Below, piece by piece: positions 35,704-45,075 of a stretch of 64,000 bases of DNA. The notes beneath the pieces are model-generated. The model was not told where the DNA came from. It made no database searches and saw nothing but the letters and a program-made list of their open reading frames with translations. The first letter of the stretch is position 1, and each line of letters starts with the position of its first letter. The stretch spans positions 2,524 to 66,523 of the forward strand of contig DATNLT010000049.1 of NCBI GenBank assembly GCA_035602725.1. Direction: 5' to 3'. The position numbers and the translations under genes are program-made. The stretch comes from Candidatus Acidiferrales bacterium. GTDB taxonomy: Bacteria > Acidobacteriota > Terriglobia > Acidiferrales > UBA7541.

Positions 35704-36294
35704 ATGCGACTTATCGTGGGACTCGGCAATCCAGGCATCGAATACGCCTGGACGCCGCATAATCTGGGCTTTCTGGCGGTGGACCGCTTGGCAGAAGCGA
35801 GCGGCGTGCGCGTCGAGCGTCCCGAGGCGAAGTCGTACATCGGGCGCGGCAGTCTGGGCGGCGAAGAGGTTGTGCTCGCTAAGCCGCAGACGATGATGAA
35901 TCTTAGTGGGTTGGCCGTCCGGGAATTGATCGATCGGCTTGAAATCGGCTCTAACGAGTTGATCGTGCTCTGGGACGAAGTGGCGTTGCCCTGGGCCACA
36001 GTCCGAGTGGGAGTCGAGGGAAGCGCTGGCGGTCACAATGGCGCGAAGTCCGTGATCGGCGCTTTGGGCACGCAAGAATTTTGCCGGGTGCGGTTGGGCG
36101 TGCAGCCGGACCATCCGGTGGGTGATCTCGCGGCCTACGTGTTGCACCCGATGCGGCGCAGCGAAATGGAGTTGGCGGCGGAGACCGTGGAGCTAGCGGC
36201 TCAGGCCGTGGAAATGATTCTGAAAGAAGGACCGGCGAAGGCGATGAACCAGTTCAATCGGCGCAACGCTTCACCGGAAAATACGGAATCTTAG
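35704..36294 (+). CDS. pth: aminoacyl-tRNA (peptidyl-tRNA) hydrolase
   Basis: MRLIVGLGNPGIEYAWTPHNLGF, followed by GGHNGAKS. Confidence 0.92.
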   Translation: MRLIVGLGNPGIEYAWTPHNLGFLAVDRLAEASGVRVERPEAKSYIGRGSLGGEEVVLAKPQTMMNLSGLAVRELIDRLEIGSNELIVLWDEVALPWATVRVGVEGSAGGHNGAKSVIGALGTQEFCRVRLGVQPDHPVGDLAAYVLHPMRRSEMELAAETVELAAQAVEMILKEGPAKAMNQFNRRNASPENTES

Positions 36295-36326
36295 CGTAAC
36301 GAAGCGTTCTGTAGGATCGAGGAAAT

Positions 36327-36761
36327 ATGGAAGAGAGACTTTACGACCTGATCTTTATTTGCCGTCCGGCAACTCCAGAGGAAGAAATCACCAAGCTGAC
36401 CCATATGCTCGAGCATACGGCTTCCGAGCACGGCGGCAAGGTGGAGAAATCTGAAAATTGGGGCACGCGACGCCTGGCCTATCGCGTGAGCAAGCATCGC
36501 GAAGCCATTTATGTCTACATGCAGCTCAAGAGCACGCAAGGCGAGCTAATCAAGGAGCTCGAGCGCCGCTTAAAAGTGGCCGAGCCGGTGATCAAGTATC
36601 AAACCGTTCGGCTGGACGAAGAAATGAAACGGCAGAAGAAGCTCGGTGGCATACGCGAGAAGAGACTCGCGCGGAAGCCCCGTAAGACTGCTGCGGCTGC
36701 AACGCCCGCGGCGCCAGCAACGCCCGCGCCGGAATCAGCCCCGGCAGCCAGCGCCAGCTAA
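36327..36761 (+). CDS. rpsF: 30S ribosomal protein S6 (with A/P-rich C-terminal tail)
   Basis: LYDLIFICRPATPEEE...ENWGTRRLAYRVSKHREAIYVYMQL. Confidence 0.92.
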   Translation: MEERLYDLIFICRPATPEEEITKLTHMLEHTASEHGGKVEKSENWGTRRLAYRVSKHREAIYVYMQLKSTQGELIKELERRLKVAEPVIKYQTVRLDEEMKRQKKLGGIREKRLARKPRKTAAAATPAAPATPAPESAPAASAS

Positions 36762-36804
36762 ACGAAATTGTGATTGTTTTTACGTTGAAAGGATGAGTGC
36801 TTAG

Positions 36805-37227
36805 ATGTCGGAACAAGCAAATCCGCAAGCGAATCTACAGGCTTCCACGCCATCAGCGGCACCATCGCCCGCTCCATCACATGGCGGCGGAGGCGGGGGA
36901 AGAGGTCCGGGAGGCGGCGGCCGCCCGGGAGGGCACGGCGGCGGTCATGGGAGACCTCGCGAAGGCGGCGGGCCCGGAGGCGGGCCAGGTGGACGCAAAG
37001 GCAAGCGGCAATATTTCCGTAAGAAGAAAGTGTGCCGCTTCTGCGTCGATAAGGTCGATTTCATCGATTACAAGAAAGCGGAGACGCTGCAGCCCTTCGT
37101 GCAGGAGCGCGGCAAGATTCTGCCTCGCCGCATGACGGGTACCTGCTCGCGGCACCAGCGCTGGCTCTGCGAAGCCATTAAGCGGGCGCGCAATATCGCG
37201 TTGCTGCCATTTGCGACAGAACTCTAG
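36805..37227 (+). CDS. rpsR: 30S ribosomal protein S18 with 64-residue Gly/Arg/Pro-rich N-terminal extension
   Basis: The core is [64 protein letters not shown]. There is no internal ATG before the core. Confidence 0.88.
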   Translation: MSEQANPQANLQASTPSAAPSPAPSHGGGGGGRGPGGGGRPGGHGGGHGRPREGGGPGGGPGGRKGKRQYFRKKKVCRFCVDKVDFIDYKKAETLQPFVQERGKILPRRMTGTCSRHQRWLCEAIKRARNIALLPFATEL

Positions 37228-37256
37228 CTTCCCAGACTCCAAACGAGAGAAGAACC

Positions 37257-37721
37257 ATGCAGATCATCTTGCAAGAAGACGTGGAAAAACTCGGATCGCG
37301 CGGCGAGGTTGTCACCGTCGCGGAAGGTTACGCGCGCAACTATCTGCTGCCGCGTAAGCTGGCTCTGCCCGCTTCGGCGGGCAATTTAAAGCGGCTAGAG
37401 AAGATACGCACCGTTTTGGCGAAGAAAACGGCAAATGAGCGTGATGTCTCCCACAAGCAAGCGGAAGGTCTGAATGCGGTGACGCTGACCCTCGTACGCA
37501 AGGCAGGCGAAAACGACCAGCTCTTCGGTTCCGTAACGTCCGCAGATTTGGCAGAAGCGCTCGCGGCCCAGGGGCATGAAGTGGATAAGCGGCAAATCCA
37601 GCTCGGTGACCCCATCAAGGTCATCGGGGAGTACCAAGTGCCGGTGAAGTTGCACCGTGAGGTCACTGCGGAGATCAAGGTGATCGTTCAGCGCGAAGGC
37701 GAGACGGAAAAGAAGGAATAA
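37257..37721 (+). CDS. rplI: 50S ribosomal protein L9
   Basis: MQIILQEDVEKLGSRGEVVTVAEGYARNYLLPRKLA. Confidence 0.92.
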   Translation: MQIILQEDVEKLGSRGEVVTVAEGYARNYLLPRKLALPASAGNLKRLEKIRTVLAKKTANERDVSHKQAEGLNAVTLTLVRKAGENDQLFGSVTSADLAEALAAQGHEVDKRQIQLGDPIKVIGEYQVPVKLHREVTAEIKVIVQREGETEKKE

Positions 37722-37749
37722 GCCTCTCACTCTCGATCGAAGCTGGATT

Positions 37750-37774
37750 GCCCTTCTTTGAGGGCCTCCGTTTT
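37750..37774 (+). terminator. weak intrinsic terminator candidate after rplI
   Basis: A GCCCT (37750-54) / AGGGC (37761-65) stem with a 6-nt loop, then TTTT at 37771-74. The stem is only 5 bp. Confidence 0.2.
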
Positions 37775-37929
37775 GCACTGAATCCACAGCGTGGAAACTT
37801 TTCCTCCGTTCTGAGGCTTGGCTTGCACCCCCGCGCCGTCCAAACTTGCAACACGCTCGGACTTTTACATGCACTTGACGCCCTTGTGTAGGCGAAACTA
37901 AGGCGAAATAACTGCCGGCAGGAACACCC

Positions 37930-39264
37930 ATGGCTACCACTTCCGCGATCGAAAGACCTCTTCCGCAGAACATCGAAGCGGAGCGTTCTGTTCTAGGCGC
38001 TATCGTGCTGGATAACCATCAACTCGATGTGGCCTTGGACAAGATTAAGCCGGAAGATTTTTTTCACGATCCACATCGGCGCATCTTCTTGCAAATGATC
38101 GAGCTGGGCGAGCGGCACCAAGCGATCGACCTCGTCACCTTGAACGATCAATTGGCGCGCAAGGGCGAGCTCGAAAGTGTGGGGGGCACCGCTTACCTTT
38201 CTTCGCTGGTGGATGGTGTGCCGCGCGTCAGCAATATCGAGCACTACGCGCGCATCGTGAAAGAAAAGGCTTTGCTGCGCAGCGTGATTCACACCACGCA
38301 GGCCATCCAACAGGAAGCGCTCGAAGCGGAAGAAGACGCGGATGCGATTCTGGATCGCGCCGAGTCGCGGATCTTCGAGCTGGCTGAAGATCGAGTGCGT
38401 GCCGGGCTCATCGGTATGGGCGATCTGGTGCGCGATAACTACGAGCGCATCTCGCAGCTTTTCGACGAGGGCAAACGAGTCACCGGGCTTTCGACGGGCT
38501 ATCACCAACTCGATGATTTGACCTCCGGCCTGCAACCTTCGGAATTGATCGTGATCGCGGCGCGGCCCTCAGTAGGCAAGACCGCGTTCGCATTAAATAT
38601 CGCTGCGAACGTTGCGCTGCACGGGCAGCGGCAAGTTGCCATCTTTAGCCTGGAAATGTCCAAGGAATCGCTGCTGATGCGCTTGCTTTCGGACCACGCG
38701 CGGATTGATGCGCATAAATTCCGCACCGGACATCTTTCACGGGACGACCGTTCGAAGATTACCCGCTCGCTGATGGAATTGGCCGAAGTGCCCTTGTGGA
38801 TCGACGATGCCGGCGGAACGACGGTGCTGGAGATGGGTGCCAAGTGCCGCAGGATGGCGCGCGATAAGGGCTTGTCGCTCATTCTGGTGGATTACTTGCA
38901 ACTCGTAACCGGGCGCGGCCGCTTCAATACACGCAATGAAGAAGTGGCCAGCATCACGCGAGGTCTGAAAGCGATTGCAAAGGAATTGAAGGTCCCGGTG
39001 GTGGTGTTGAGCCAGCTTACGCGCGCGCCCGAAAAGGATGACCGCGGGCCGCGTCTTTCAGACCTGCGTGACTCGGGCGCCATCGAGCAGGATGCCGACG
39101 TGGTGATGTTTATTCACCGGCCCAAAATGTTTAAGGAAGGGGTAACACCAGAGGAACGCGGCGAGACGGAATTGAATATCGCGAAACAGCGCAACGGCCC
39201 TACGGACATGTTGAAGTATGTGTTTTTGCATCAATTCACGCGTTTTGAAGAAGCTGCGCGATAA
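37930..39264 (+). CDS. dnaB: replicative DNA helicase DnaB
   Basis: PQNIEAERSVLGAIVLDN, GLSTGYHQLDDLTSGLQPSELIVIAARPSVGKTAFALNIA (Walker A) and LILVDYLQL. The length is 444 aa and there is no intein. Confidence 0.93.
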   Translation: MATTSAIERPLPQNIEAERSVLGAIVLDNHQLDVALDKIKPEDFFHDPHRRIFLQMIELGERHQAIDLVTLNDQLARKGELESVGGTAYLSSLVDGVPRVSNIEHYARIVKEKALLRSVIHTTQAIQQEALEAEEDADAILDRAESRIFELAEDRVRAGLIGMGDLVRDNYERISQLFDEGKRVTGLSTGYHQLDDLTSGLQPSELIVIAARPSVGKTAFALNIAANVALHGQRQVAIFSLEMSKESLLMRLLSDHARIDAHKFRTGHLSRDDRSKITRSLMELAEVPLWIDDAGGTTVLEMGAKCRRMARDKGLSLILVDYLQLVTGRGRFNTRNEEVASITRGLKAIAKELKVPVVVLSQLTRAPEKDDRGPRLSDLRDSGAIEQDADVVMFIHRPKMFKEGVTPEERGETELNIAKQRNGPTDMLKYVFLHQFTRFEEAAR

Positions 39265-39561
39265 TTGAACGATCTGAATTCTCCGCCGTCCGCACGCTGT
39301 GAACGGCAGACACGCCGCTGTCTCCTGCCGGACGCGATTCGCATCAAGTCCTCAGCTCACCGCAGCGCGGTAACCGCTGTACAGTCAATAGCTTATTGGG
39401 TTTTGAGCGTCGCAAAAGCGTCGGCTGACCGCGTGCTCTAGTATGGCTGTTAACTAACCCGAGCGATTGCTGCGCCGCTAGATCTTCGCGGTCCGGTGAA
39501 TTGAACTATGCTCATAGGCTACATGTAGTGCAAGCCGAGCTCAGAAGGAGCGGTGGGGCGC

Positions 39562-40797
39562 ATGTCTGGTGACATCAAAATAAAAGGGCGGCCTGTTTGG
39601 GCCGAAGTTCATACTCCAACCCTCGAAGCGAACTTTCGCGCGATTCGCGCACATTTGAACGGGGCAAACGCCAGTGCCAGGCGCTCGAAGACGGCGCTTG
39701 AAAAAGCGAAGCGCGTGCAGGTTCTTGCCGTCGTTAAGGGCAACGGTTACGGCCATGGAGTAACTGCTGCAGCGAGGGCATTTGCTCGTGCAGGCGCGGA
39801 TTGGTTTGGCGTCACGTGCGCGGACGAGGGCGAGGAACTCCGCCGTGGCGGCATTCGCAAGCCCGTGCTGGTAATGACGGGGTTCTGGCGCGGCGAGGAA
39901 GCGAAGCTTCTGGAGTACAACCTGACGCCCGCGGTGACAGATTGCGCCCAACTCCGCGATCTCGATCGCGCCGCCAAACGCGCGGGAAAAACTGCAAAGG
40001 CTCCGTTCGGTTTTCATTTGAAAATTGACACTGGCATGAACCGCCTCGGCATTTCTCCGGATTCGATCGACTGCTTCGGTCGGACGCTCGGTGACTGCCC
40101 GCACTTGCGATTGACTGGAACTCTTACTCACCTGGCGTCTTCCGAGGATTTCAGTTCGTCACAAACGGCAGAGCAGCGAGATATTTTTCTAGGCGCCATC
40201 GAGCGTATGCGGGCTTGCAAACTTTCACCCGGCTTGGTGCATATGGCCAACAGCGCGGCGGTGATTTCGCGGCCGGATACCTGGATGGACATGGTCCGTC
40301 CGGGGGCGATTCTTTACGGTTACCACCAGAACTACAATCCACCGGAAATGCGCAGGGAAGCAATGAAAGAGGTGCCGATTGCCGCAGCCTTCAGCTTTCG
40401 GGCGCGGGTCGTGGCCATCAAGGATGTTGCCGCGGGAACCGGGGTGGGCTACAACGCGCGATTCCGTGCGGCGCAGCCTTCGCGCGTCGCGATTTTTTCG
40501 GCGGGCTATGCGGACGGTCTGCCGCGAGCCCTTACGAATCGCGGCAGGGTGGTGATCCGCGGGAAATTCGCTTCGCACGTAGGCGTGATCTCCATGGACT
40601 TGAGCGCGGCGGATGTGACCGGTATTGAGCAGGTACAAGTCGGCGACGTGGTTACGGTCTATGGACCTGGCCCGCGAGGAGCGTCCGCCTCTGACGATTT
40701 TCAGGACGCTTCCGACGTGGCACGCCTCCTCGGGACGGCTACCTCTGACCTCCTCTGCGCGATCGGCAAGCGCGTGCCGCGTATTTACACCCACTGA
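39562..40797 (+). CDS. alr: alanine racemase
   Basis: AVVKGNGYGHG contains the PLP lysine. GAILYGY is also present. GAAGGAG precedes ATG 39562 (the ORF track starts at GTG 39553). Confidence 0.88.
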   Translation: MSGDIKIKGRPVWAEVHTPTLEANFRAIRAHLNGANASARRSKTALEKAKRVQVLAVVKGNGYGHGVTAAARAFARAGADWFGVTCADEGEELRRGGIRKPVLVMTGFWRGEEAKLLEYNLTPAVTDCAQLRDLDRAAKRAGKTAKAPFGFHLKIDTGMNRLGISPDSIDCFGRTLGDCPHLRLTGTLTHLASSEDFSSSQTAEQRDIFLGAIERMRACKLSPGLVHMANSAAVISRPDTWMDMVRPGAILYGYHQNYNPPEMRREAMKEVPIAAAFSFRARVVAIKDVAAGTGVGYNARFRAAQPSRVAIFSAGYADGLPRALTNRGRVVIRGKFASHVGVISMDLSAADVTGIEQVQVGDVVTVYGPGPRGASASDDFQDASDVARLLGTATSDLLCAIGKRVPRIYTH

Positions 40798-40969
40798 ACG
40801 CTAGCCCCTGAGTATCAGCGATCTTGACCCACCCGAGAGCAGGGTGTATACCTGCCTCCAGCGTAGTCGGACACATATTGTTCCAGGCCTGACGTTCATC
40901 GAATCGTATTTCTTATGGGATCTTTCATTCATAGAATGAGCGAAAACCTATTTATACGGTTCATACGAG

Positions 40970-42199
40970 GTGGCAATGCCGCGTACTTATACAAAGTCAA
41001 ATCAACCTGAAACACCCAATTTGGTAGAGATTCCCGTTCGCAAAGGAACCCCCCGCCACTCCTTGCAAGAAGGAAGCCTAGGAAGTTCGTGGGATCAATT
41101 CGCTCTCGGCGCCGTTTTCGTAATCGCCTTTATGGCGATCGGCTATCACTTTCATCCATTCAACCTGAAGCCACCGGTTGCGGCCGGGACGGGGCTCGTC
41201 TTTGCGCTGATCGTTTTTGCCGTGGAGATCCGTCTGAAGAACACCAGCCTGAGGCGGCTGATCGGGGCATCCGTGGGACTGATTCTAGGGATTCTGGGCG
41301 CCTACCTAATGAACCTGGTGCTGGCGTATACGTCCATGCCGGAAGGTTCGCGATCATTCCTCGGGATGGCTGTCCTTCTGATCATGACGTACATCGGCAT
41401 GGTGGTCGGAGCGAGCAAGGGAGAAATGCTGAACTTGCAAGCATTTGGCGGCGTTTTCGGGAACGAACGTAGTCCACAGCGCATGATGAAGGTGTTTGAC
41501 ACCAGCGTAATCATCGATGGGCGCGTGGCGGATATCTGCGAGACACATTTCGTAGACGGAACGCTGCTGATCCCCAATTTTGTTTTGCGCGAGCTGCAGA
41601 TGGTTGCCGATTCAGCCGATCCGCTGAAGCGCCAACGGGGGCGTCGCGGCCTTGAAGTGCTCCAGCGCATCCAGAAAATGTCGCATCTGGATGTAGAGGT
41701 GGTAGACGACGATTATCCGCAAATCGCCGAAGTGGATCTGAAGCTGATCGAACTGGCAAAGCGTTACGATTGCAAGATCGTCACCAATGATTTCAATTTG
41801 AACAAAGTAGCGGCGGTCCAGGGCATTGATGTGCTGAACGTCAACCAATTGGCAAATGCGCTAAAGCCCGTGGTTTTGCCCGGCGAAGCGATGCGCGTAT
41901 TCATACTGCGCGAAGGCAAGGAGTACAACCAAGGCGTGGCATATCTCGACGACGGCACGATGGTGGTGGTAGATGGCGCGCGGCGGATGATCAACAAGAC
42001 GATCGATATTATTGTAACTTCCGTTCACCAGACGACCGCTGGGAAGATGATTTTCGGCAAGTTCGATGACCGTAACGAAATGGTGCGAGCTGCGGGCGCG
42101 GGTAGCATGGATTTGAACCGCCCGGACGCCGTGGTCCGCCCGGCCGAAGTGATCGATCGCGCGCCGCGATCCGTAACGCCGGAATCGACCCGCGAATAA
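40970..42199 (+). CDS. PIN/TRAM domain membrane protein (YacL-like)
   Basis: About 4 N-terminal TM segments. The PIN domain is VFDTSVIIDGRVADI...VTNDFNLNKVA. The C-terminal TRAM-like region is GEAMRVFILREGKEYNQGVAYLDDGTMVVV. The start is GTG 40970 or ATG 40976. Confidence 0.85.
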   Translation: MAMPRTYTKSNQPETPNLVEIPVRKGTPRHSLQEGSLGSSWDQFALGAVFVIAFMAIGYHFHPFNLKPPVAAGTGLVFALIVFAVEIRLKNTSLRRLIGASVGLILGILGAYLMNLVLAYTSMPEGSRSFLGMAVLLIMTYIGMVVGASKGEMLNLQAFGGVFGNERSPQRMMKVFDTSVIIDGRVADICETHFVDGTLLIPNFVLRELQMVADSADPLKRQRGRRGLEVLQRIQKMSHLDVEVVDDDYPQIAEVDLKLIELAKRYDCKIVTNDFNLNKVAAVQGIDVLNVNQLANALKPVVLPGEAMRVFILREGKEYNQGVAYLDDGTMVVVDGARRMINKTIDIIVTSVHQTTAGKMIFGKFDDRNEMVRAAGAGSMDLNRPDAVVRPAEVIDRAPRSVTPESTRE

Positions 42200-42312
42200 G
42201 GATCCAAGTCCGCGCCGGCGAATTCAAGATGCGTTCGTCCGCAAGCTTCTGCATTGCTTAAGTTTCCTAACTAGTATAAAGCCCTCTTACTTCCTTCGCA
42301 GGAGCAGACACT

Positions 42313-44121
42313 ATGCCCAAGCCCAGGCCGGTCATTCCCCCGAACTATGAGATCGCGGAGCCTCTGGCCAGTGGAATGTTTTCGCCACAATCGGCCCCCT
42401 TGGAACAGCCCGGGTTCACCAAAGCTCCGCGCGTTCGAAAAGACGAAATCGAAAAGCGGGCTGTTTGGATCGTTCATGGTATGGGTCAGCAAATACCCTT
42501 CGAAACTTTGGACAGCCTCACCGAAGGAGTGATGAGTGTTGCCAGTCCCCCAGCCGGCCAGGACGCATTTTCTCCGAAAGCGCGTTCCGTTCGCGTCGGC
42601 GATCAGGTCTTGCAGCGCGTGGAACTTCAAGTCGCAGGCGATAGCGGCAAAACATACGAATTGCATCTTTACGAGGCGTATTGGGCGCCGCTGACGGAAG
42701 GGGTCGCCAAACTGAAGGATGTGACTGGTTTCTTGCTGAATGGCGCGTTACGCGGTGTCCTGAACTCGGTGAAGAAATTCCAGCGGGCTATCTTCGGAAA
42801 AGTGTGGTGCTATCGAATCAGTTGGCACACCCCGGTTTACATCTCAGCCGTTTTACTGGTGCTGGCGGCGCTGGCGGCCATGAACGCGGTGATTCTGGCA
42901 GCGAGTGCGACGCAGCTTGAGGTCTTTTCGCTCAATCTTCCTATTGGCACAGAGCAATGGAAGATGCTCGCGGCGCTCGGAAGCGCCATCAGCGCGGTGG
43001 CTATTAGCTTAGGCGCCGTTTTATTTATGGCCGAGCTTTGCAAGTCACCGCAACTCTCTTCGTTCCGGCGCCTCGCGCTCGGCTTTTTGTCCTGGGCAGG
43101 CACGATTCTGACGGCGGCGGCCATCATTGCCGGTGGAGCATTATTTCTGCTCGTTGCGGCCGAGGATCGCATTCGAGATTGGGTATCACCAGCGCCTCCA
43201 TCGGATCCTCCGGCATTCGCTGTGACTTCAGCCAAAGACATCTGGCACTGGCTATCGCGTACCTGCGGGCCATCTCTGCAGAGAGACTCGACGTTGCTGA
43301 TTCTCGCGTGCTTTGCGGTGATTGCCGCGGCGTTATGCGCTCGCGGATGGAAACGCTCGAACCGCTCACACCGCTCGGATTTTTCGGGCAGCGTTTTGCT
43401 CTCCGTTCTGCTGGGAGCCGCTTTTGTGGTCCACATCGTCGCGATCGCCAGCCCTTTTGCCGCGGGCTTGCGCGAGTGGCTTGCAAGTCTCGCGTCACAA
43501 GCGTGGCTTGCGAGTTCTTGGTGGGTTTGGCCATTTGTGATATTTGTCAGCGCGCAAGTCCGGTGGTTCCTGATCGAATATGTGGGGGATGTTGCGATCT
43601 ACATCACACCGAATAAAGTGGATCGCTTCGACGAAGTGCGCGACAAGATTAAAGACACAGCGCTGCAATCCGCGTCGGCCGTCTATCTAGCTATGAATGA
43701 AGACGGCAGCGACTTTGCCTACCAGCAAGTAGCGGTGATCGGCCATTCGCTCGGCTCCGTAATCGCCTACGATACGCTCAACCGCCTCATCAACGATGAC
43801 CGGCTGGCTCAGGACAAGTTGAAGATTGCCAAGCGGACGTGCCTCTTCGAGACGTTCGGCTCACCTCTCAACAAAATCGCATTTCTTTTTACCATTCAAG
43901 GCACGGATAGCTTCCAGATTCGCGAGCAACTCGCGGAAGTGGTGCAGCCGATGATCATGAACTACTCCTATCGCCAGTTTCCTTGGGTCAACGTACGTTC
44001 AAGAAATGACATTATTTCCGGCGAGGTCTATCTTTACGATGTGGATCCGGGTTTCAGCACTGACTGCTCGAGCGGCCAACCTGTTTCCGCTCCGGCAGGG
44101 GCCATCCCGCTGTGGACTTGA
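42313..44121 (+). CDS. membrane-inserted alpha/beta-hydrolase-like protein, 3' end probably frameshifted
   Basis: AGGAG lies before the ATG. VWIVHGMGQQ is an HG oxyanion-type block. It is followed by roughly 6 or more hydrophobic segments, then VAVIGHSLGSVIAYD (GxSxG nucleophile elbow). The annotated frame ends without a His block. Confidence 0.6.
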   Translation: MPKPRPVIPPNYEIAEPLASGMFSPQSAPLEQPGFTKAPRVRKDEIEKRAVWIVHGMGQQIPFETLDSLTEGVMSVASPPAGQDAFSPKARSVRVGDQVLQRVELQVAGDSGKTYELHLYEAYWAPLTEGVAKLKDVTGFLLNGALRGVLNSVKKFQRAIFGKVWCYRISWHTPVYISAVLLVLAALAAMNAVILAASATQLEVFSLNLPIGTEQWKMLAALGSAISAVAISLGAVLFMAELCKSPQLSSFRRLALGFLSWAGTILTAAAIIAGGALFLLVAAEDRIRDWVSPAPPSDPPAFAVTSAKDIWHWLSRTCGPSLQRDSTLLILACFAVIAAALCARGWKRSNRSHRSDFSGSVLLSVLLGAAFVVHIVAIASPFAAGLREWLASLASQAWLASSWWVWPFVIFVSAQVRWFLIEYVGDVAIYITPNKVDRFDEVRDKIKDTALQSASAVYLAMNEDGSDFAYQQVAVIGHSLGSVIAYDTLNRLINDDRLAQDKLKIAKRTCLFETFGSPLNKIAFLFTIQGTDSFQIREQLAEVVQPMIMNYSYRQFPWVNVRSRNDIISGEVYLYDVDPGFSTDCSSGQPVSAPAGAIPLWT

Positions 44122-44216
44122 TCGATAAGGATGCGGCGGTAGCACTCACAGCGCACGTGGATTACTGGAAGAATCAAACGGTGTGGCGGCAGCTTTTGGG
44201 CCACATTGCACCGTGA
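44100..44216 (+). other. -1 frame continuation of the hydrolase ORF (G)HPAVDLIDKDAAVALTAHVDYWKNQTVWRQLLGHIAP*
   Basis: My own translation of the frame that is open from 44064 to the TGA at 44214-16. It has no start codon of its own and a protein-like sequence with a His-x-D-Y-W block. A GGGG run at 44098-44101 is a candidate indel site. Confidence 0.45.
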
Positions 44217-44355
44217 GCCTGGTTCGGTCGGATTCCAGGCCGCCCGCTAATCAGGAGGCCATCAAGCGCCCCAAAAGTTTACGCCGCAGACGCTTATCAG
44301 TTAGACTTTCTGTCCCGCCCTGCGTGGCGCTGCACCGAAGGAGTTTCTCTAAATC

Positions 44356-45075
44356 ATGGGACGTACCGTAGCCATTCTTCCCGCCGCCGGATTGGGCACC
44401 CGCATGGGCGCGGAGACCCCCAAACAGTTTCTCGAACTGGATCAACTTCCGCTCGTGATTTTTACGCTCAGACGGTTGGCGGCCTGCTCAGAGATCGCGG
44501 AATTCCTTATCGCCACACTTGCCGACGAGGCAGAGTCTCTTGCCGCGCGCATTTCCAAGGAGAAACTCGGCCGGCCGGTGCGCGTGGTGCGCGGCGGCGG
44601 ATCGCGCCAGGAGTCCGTGGGCAATGCGCTCGCCGAGGTCCAAACTGACACCGAAATCATCTTGGTGCACGATGCCGTGCGGCCTCTGGTGACCTGCGAA
44701 CAAATCGACCGCGTGATTGCTGCCGCTCGGGAGCATGGAGCGGCGATTCTGGGCGTACCGGCTCTCGACACCGTGAAAGAGGTGAAGCGCACCAGCTTGC
44801 CGGGCGATGTGGCGCTGATCACGGCGACGATCCCGCGCGAGCGTGTGGTTTTGGCACAGACACCGCAGGTTTTCCAGACCTCGCTTCTGCGCGAGGCGTA
44901 CGCGCAGGCGGCTCGGGATGGCTATAGCGCCTCGGATGAGGCTGGTCTTGTAGAGCGACTGGGGCATGACGTCTATGTAGTTCTCGGCTCGACACGCAAT
45001 TTGAAGGTAACGCGTCCTGGAGACATGGAATTGGCGCGTTTCTACCTCCAACAGGAGCGTTCCTCCCAATCGTGA
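44356..45075 (+). CDS. ispD: 2-C-methyl-D-erythritol 4-phosphate cytidylyltransferase
   Basis: VAILPAAGLGTRMGAETPKQFL, HDAVRPLV, and TLQTPQVF-like AQTPQVF. Confidence 0.9.
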   Translation: MGRTVAILPAAGLGTRMGAETPKQFLELDQLPLVIFTLRRLAACSEIAEFLIATLADEAESLAARISKEKLGRPVRVVRGGGSRQESVGNALAEVQTDTEIILVHDAVRPLVTCEQIDRVIAAAREHGAAILGVPALDTVKEVKRTSLPGDVALITATIPRERVVLAQTPQVFQTSLLREAYAQAARDGYSASDEAGLVERLGHDVYVVLGSTRNLKVTRPGDMELARFYLQQERSSQS

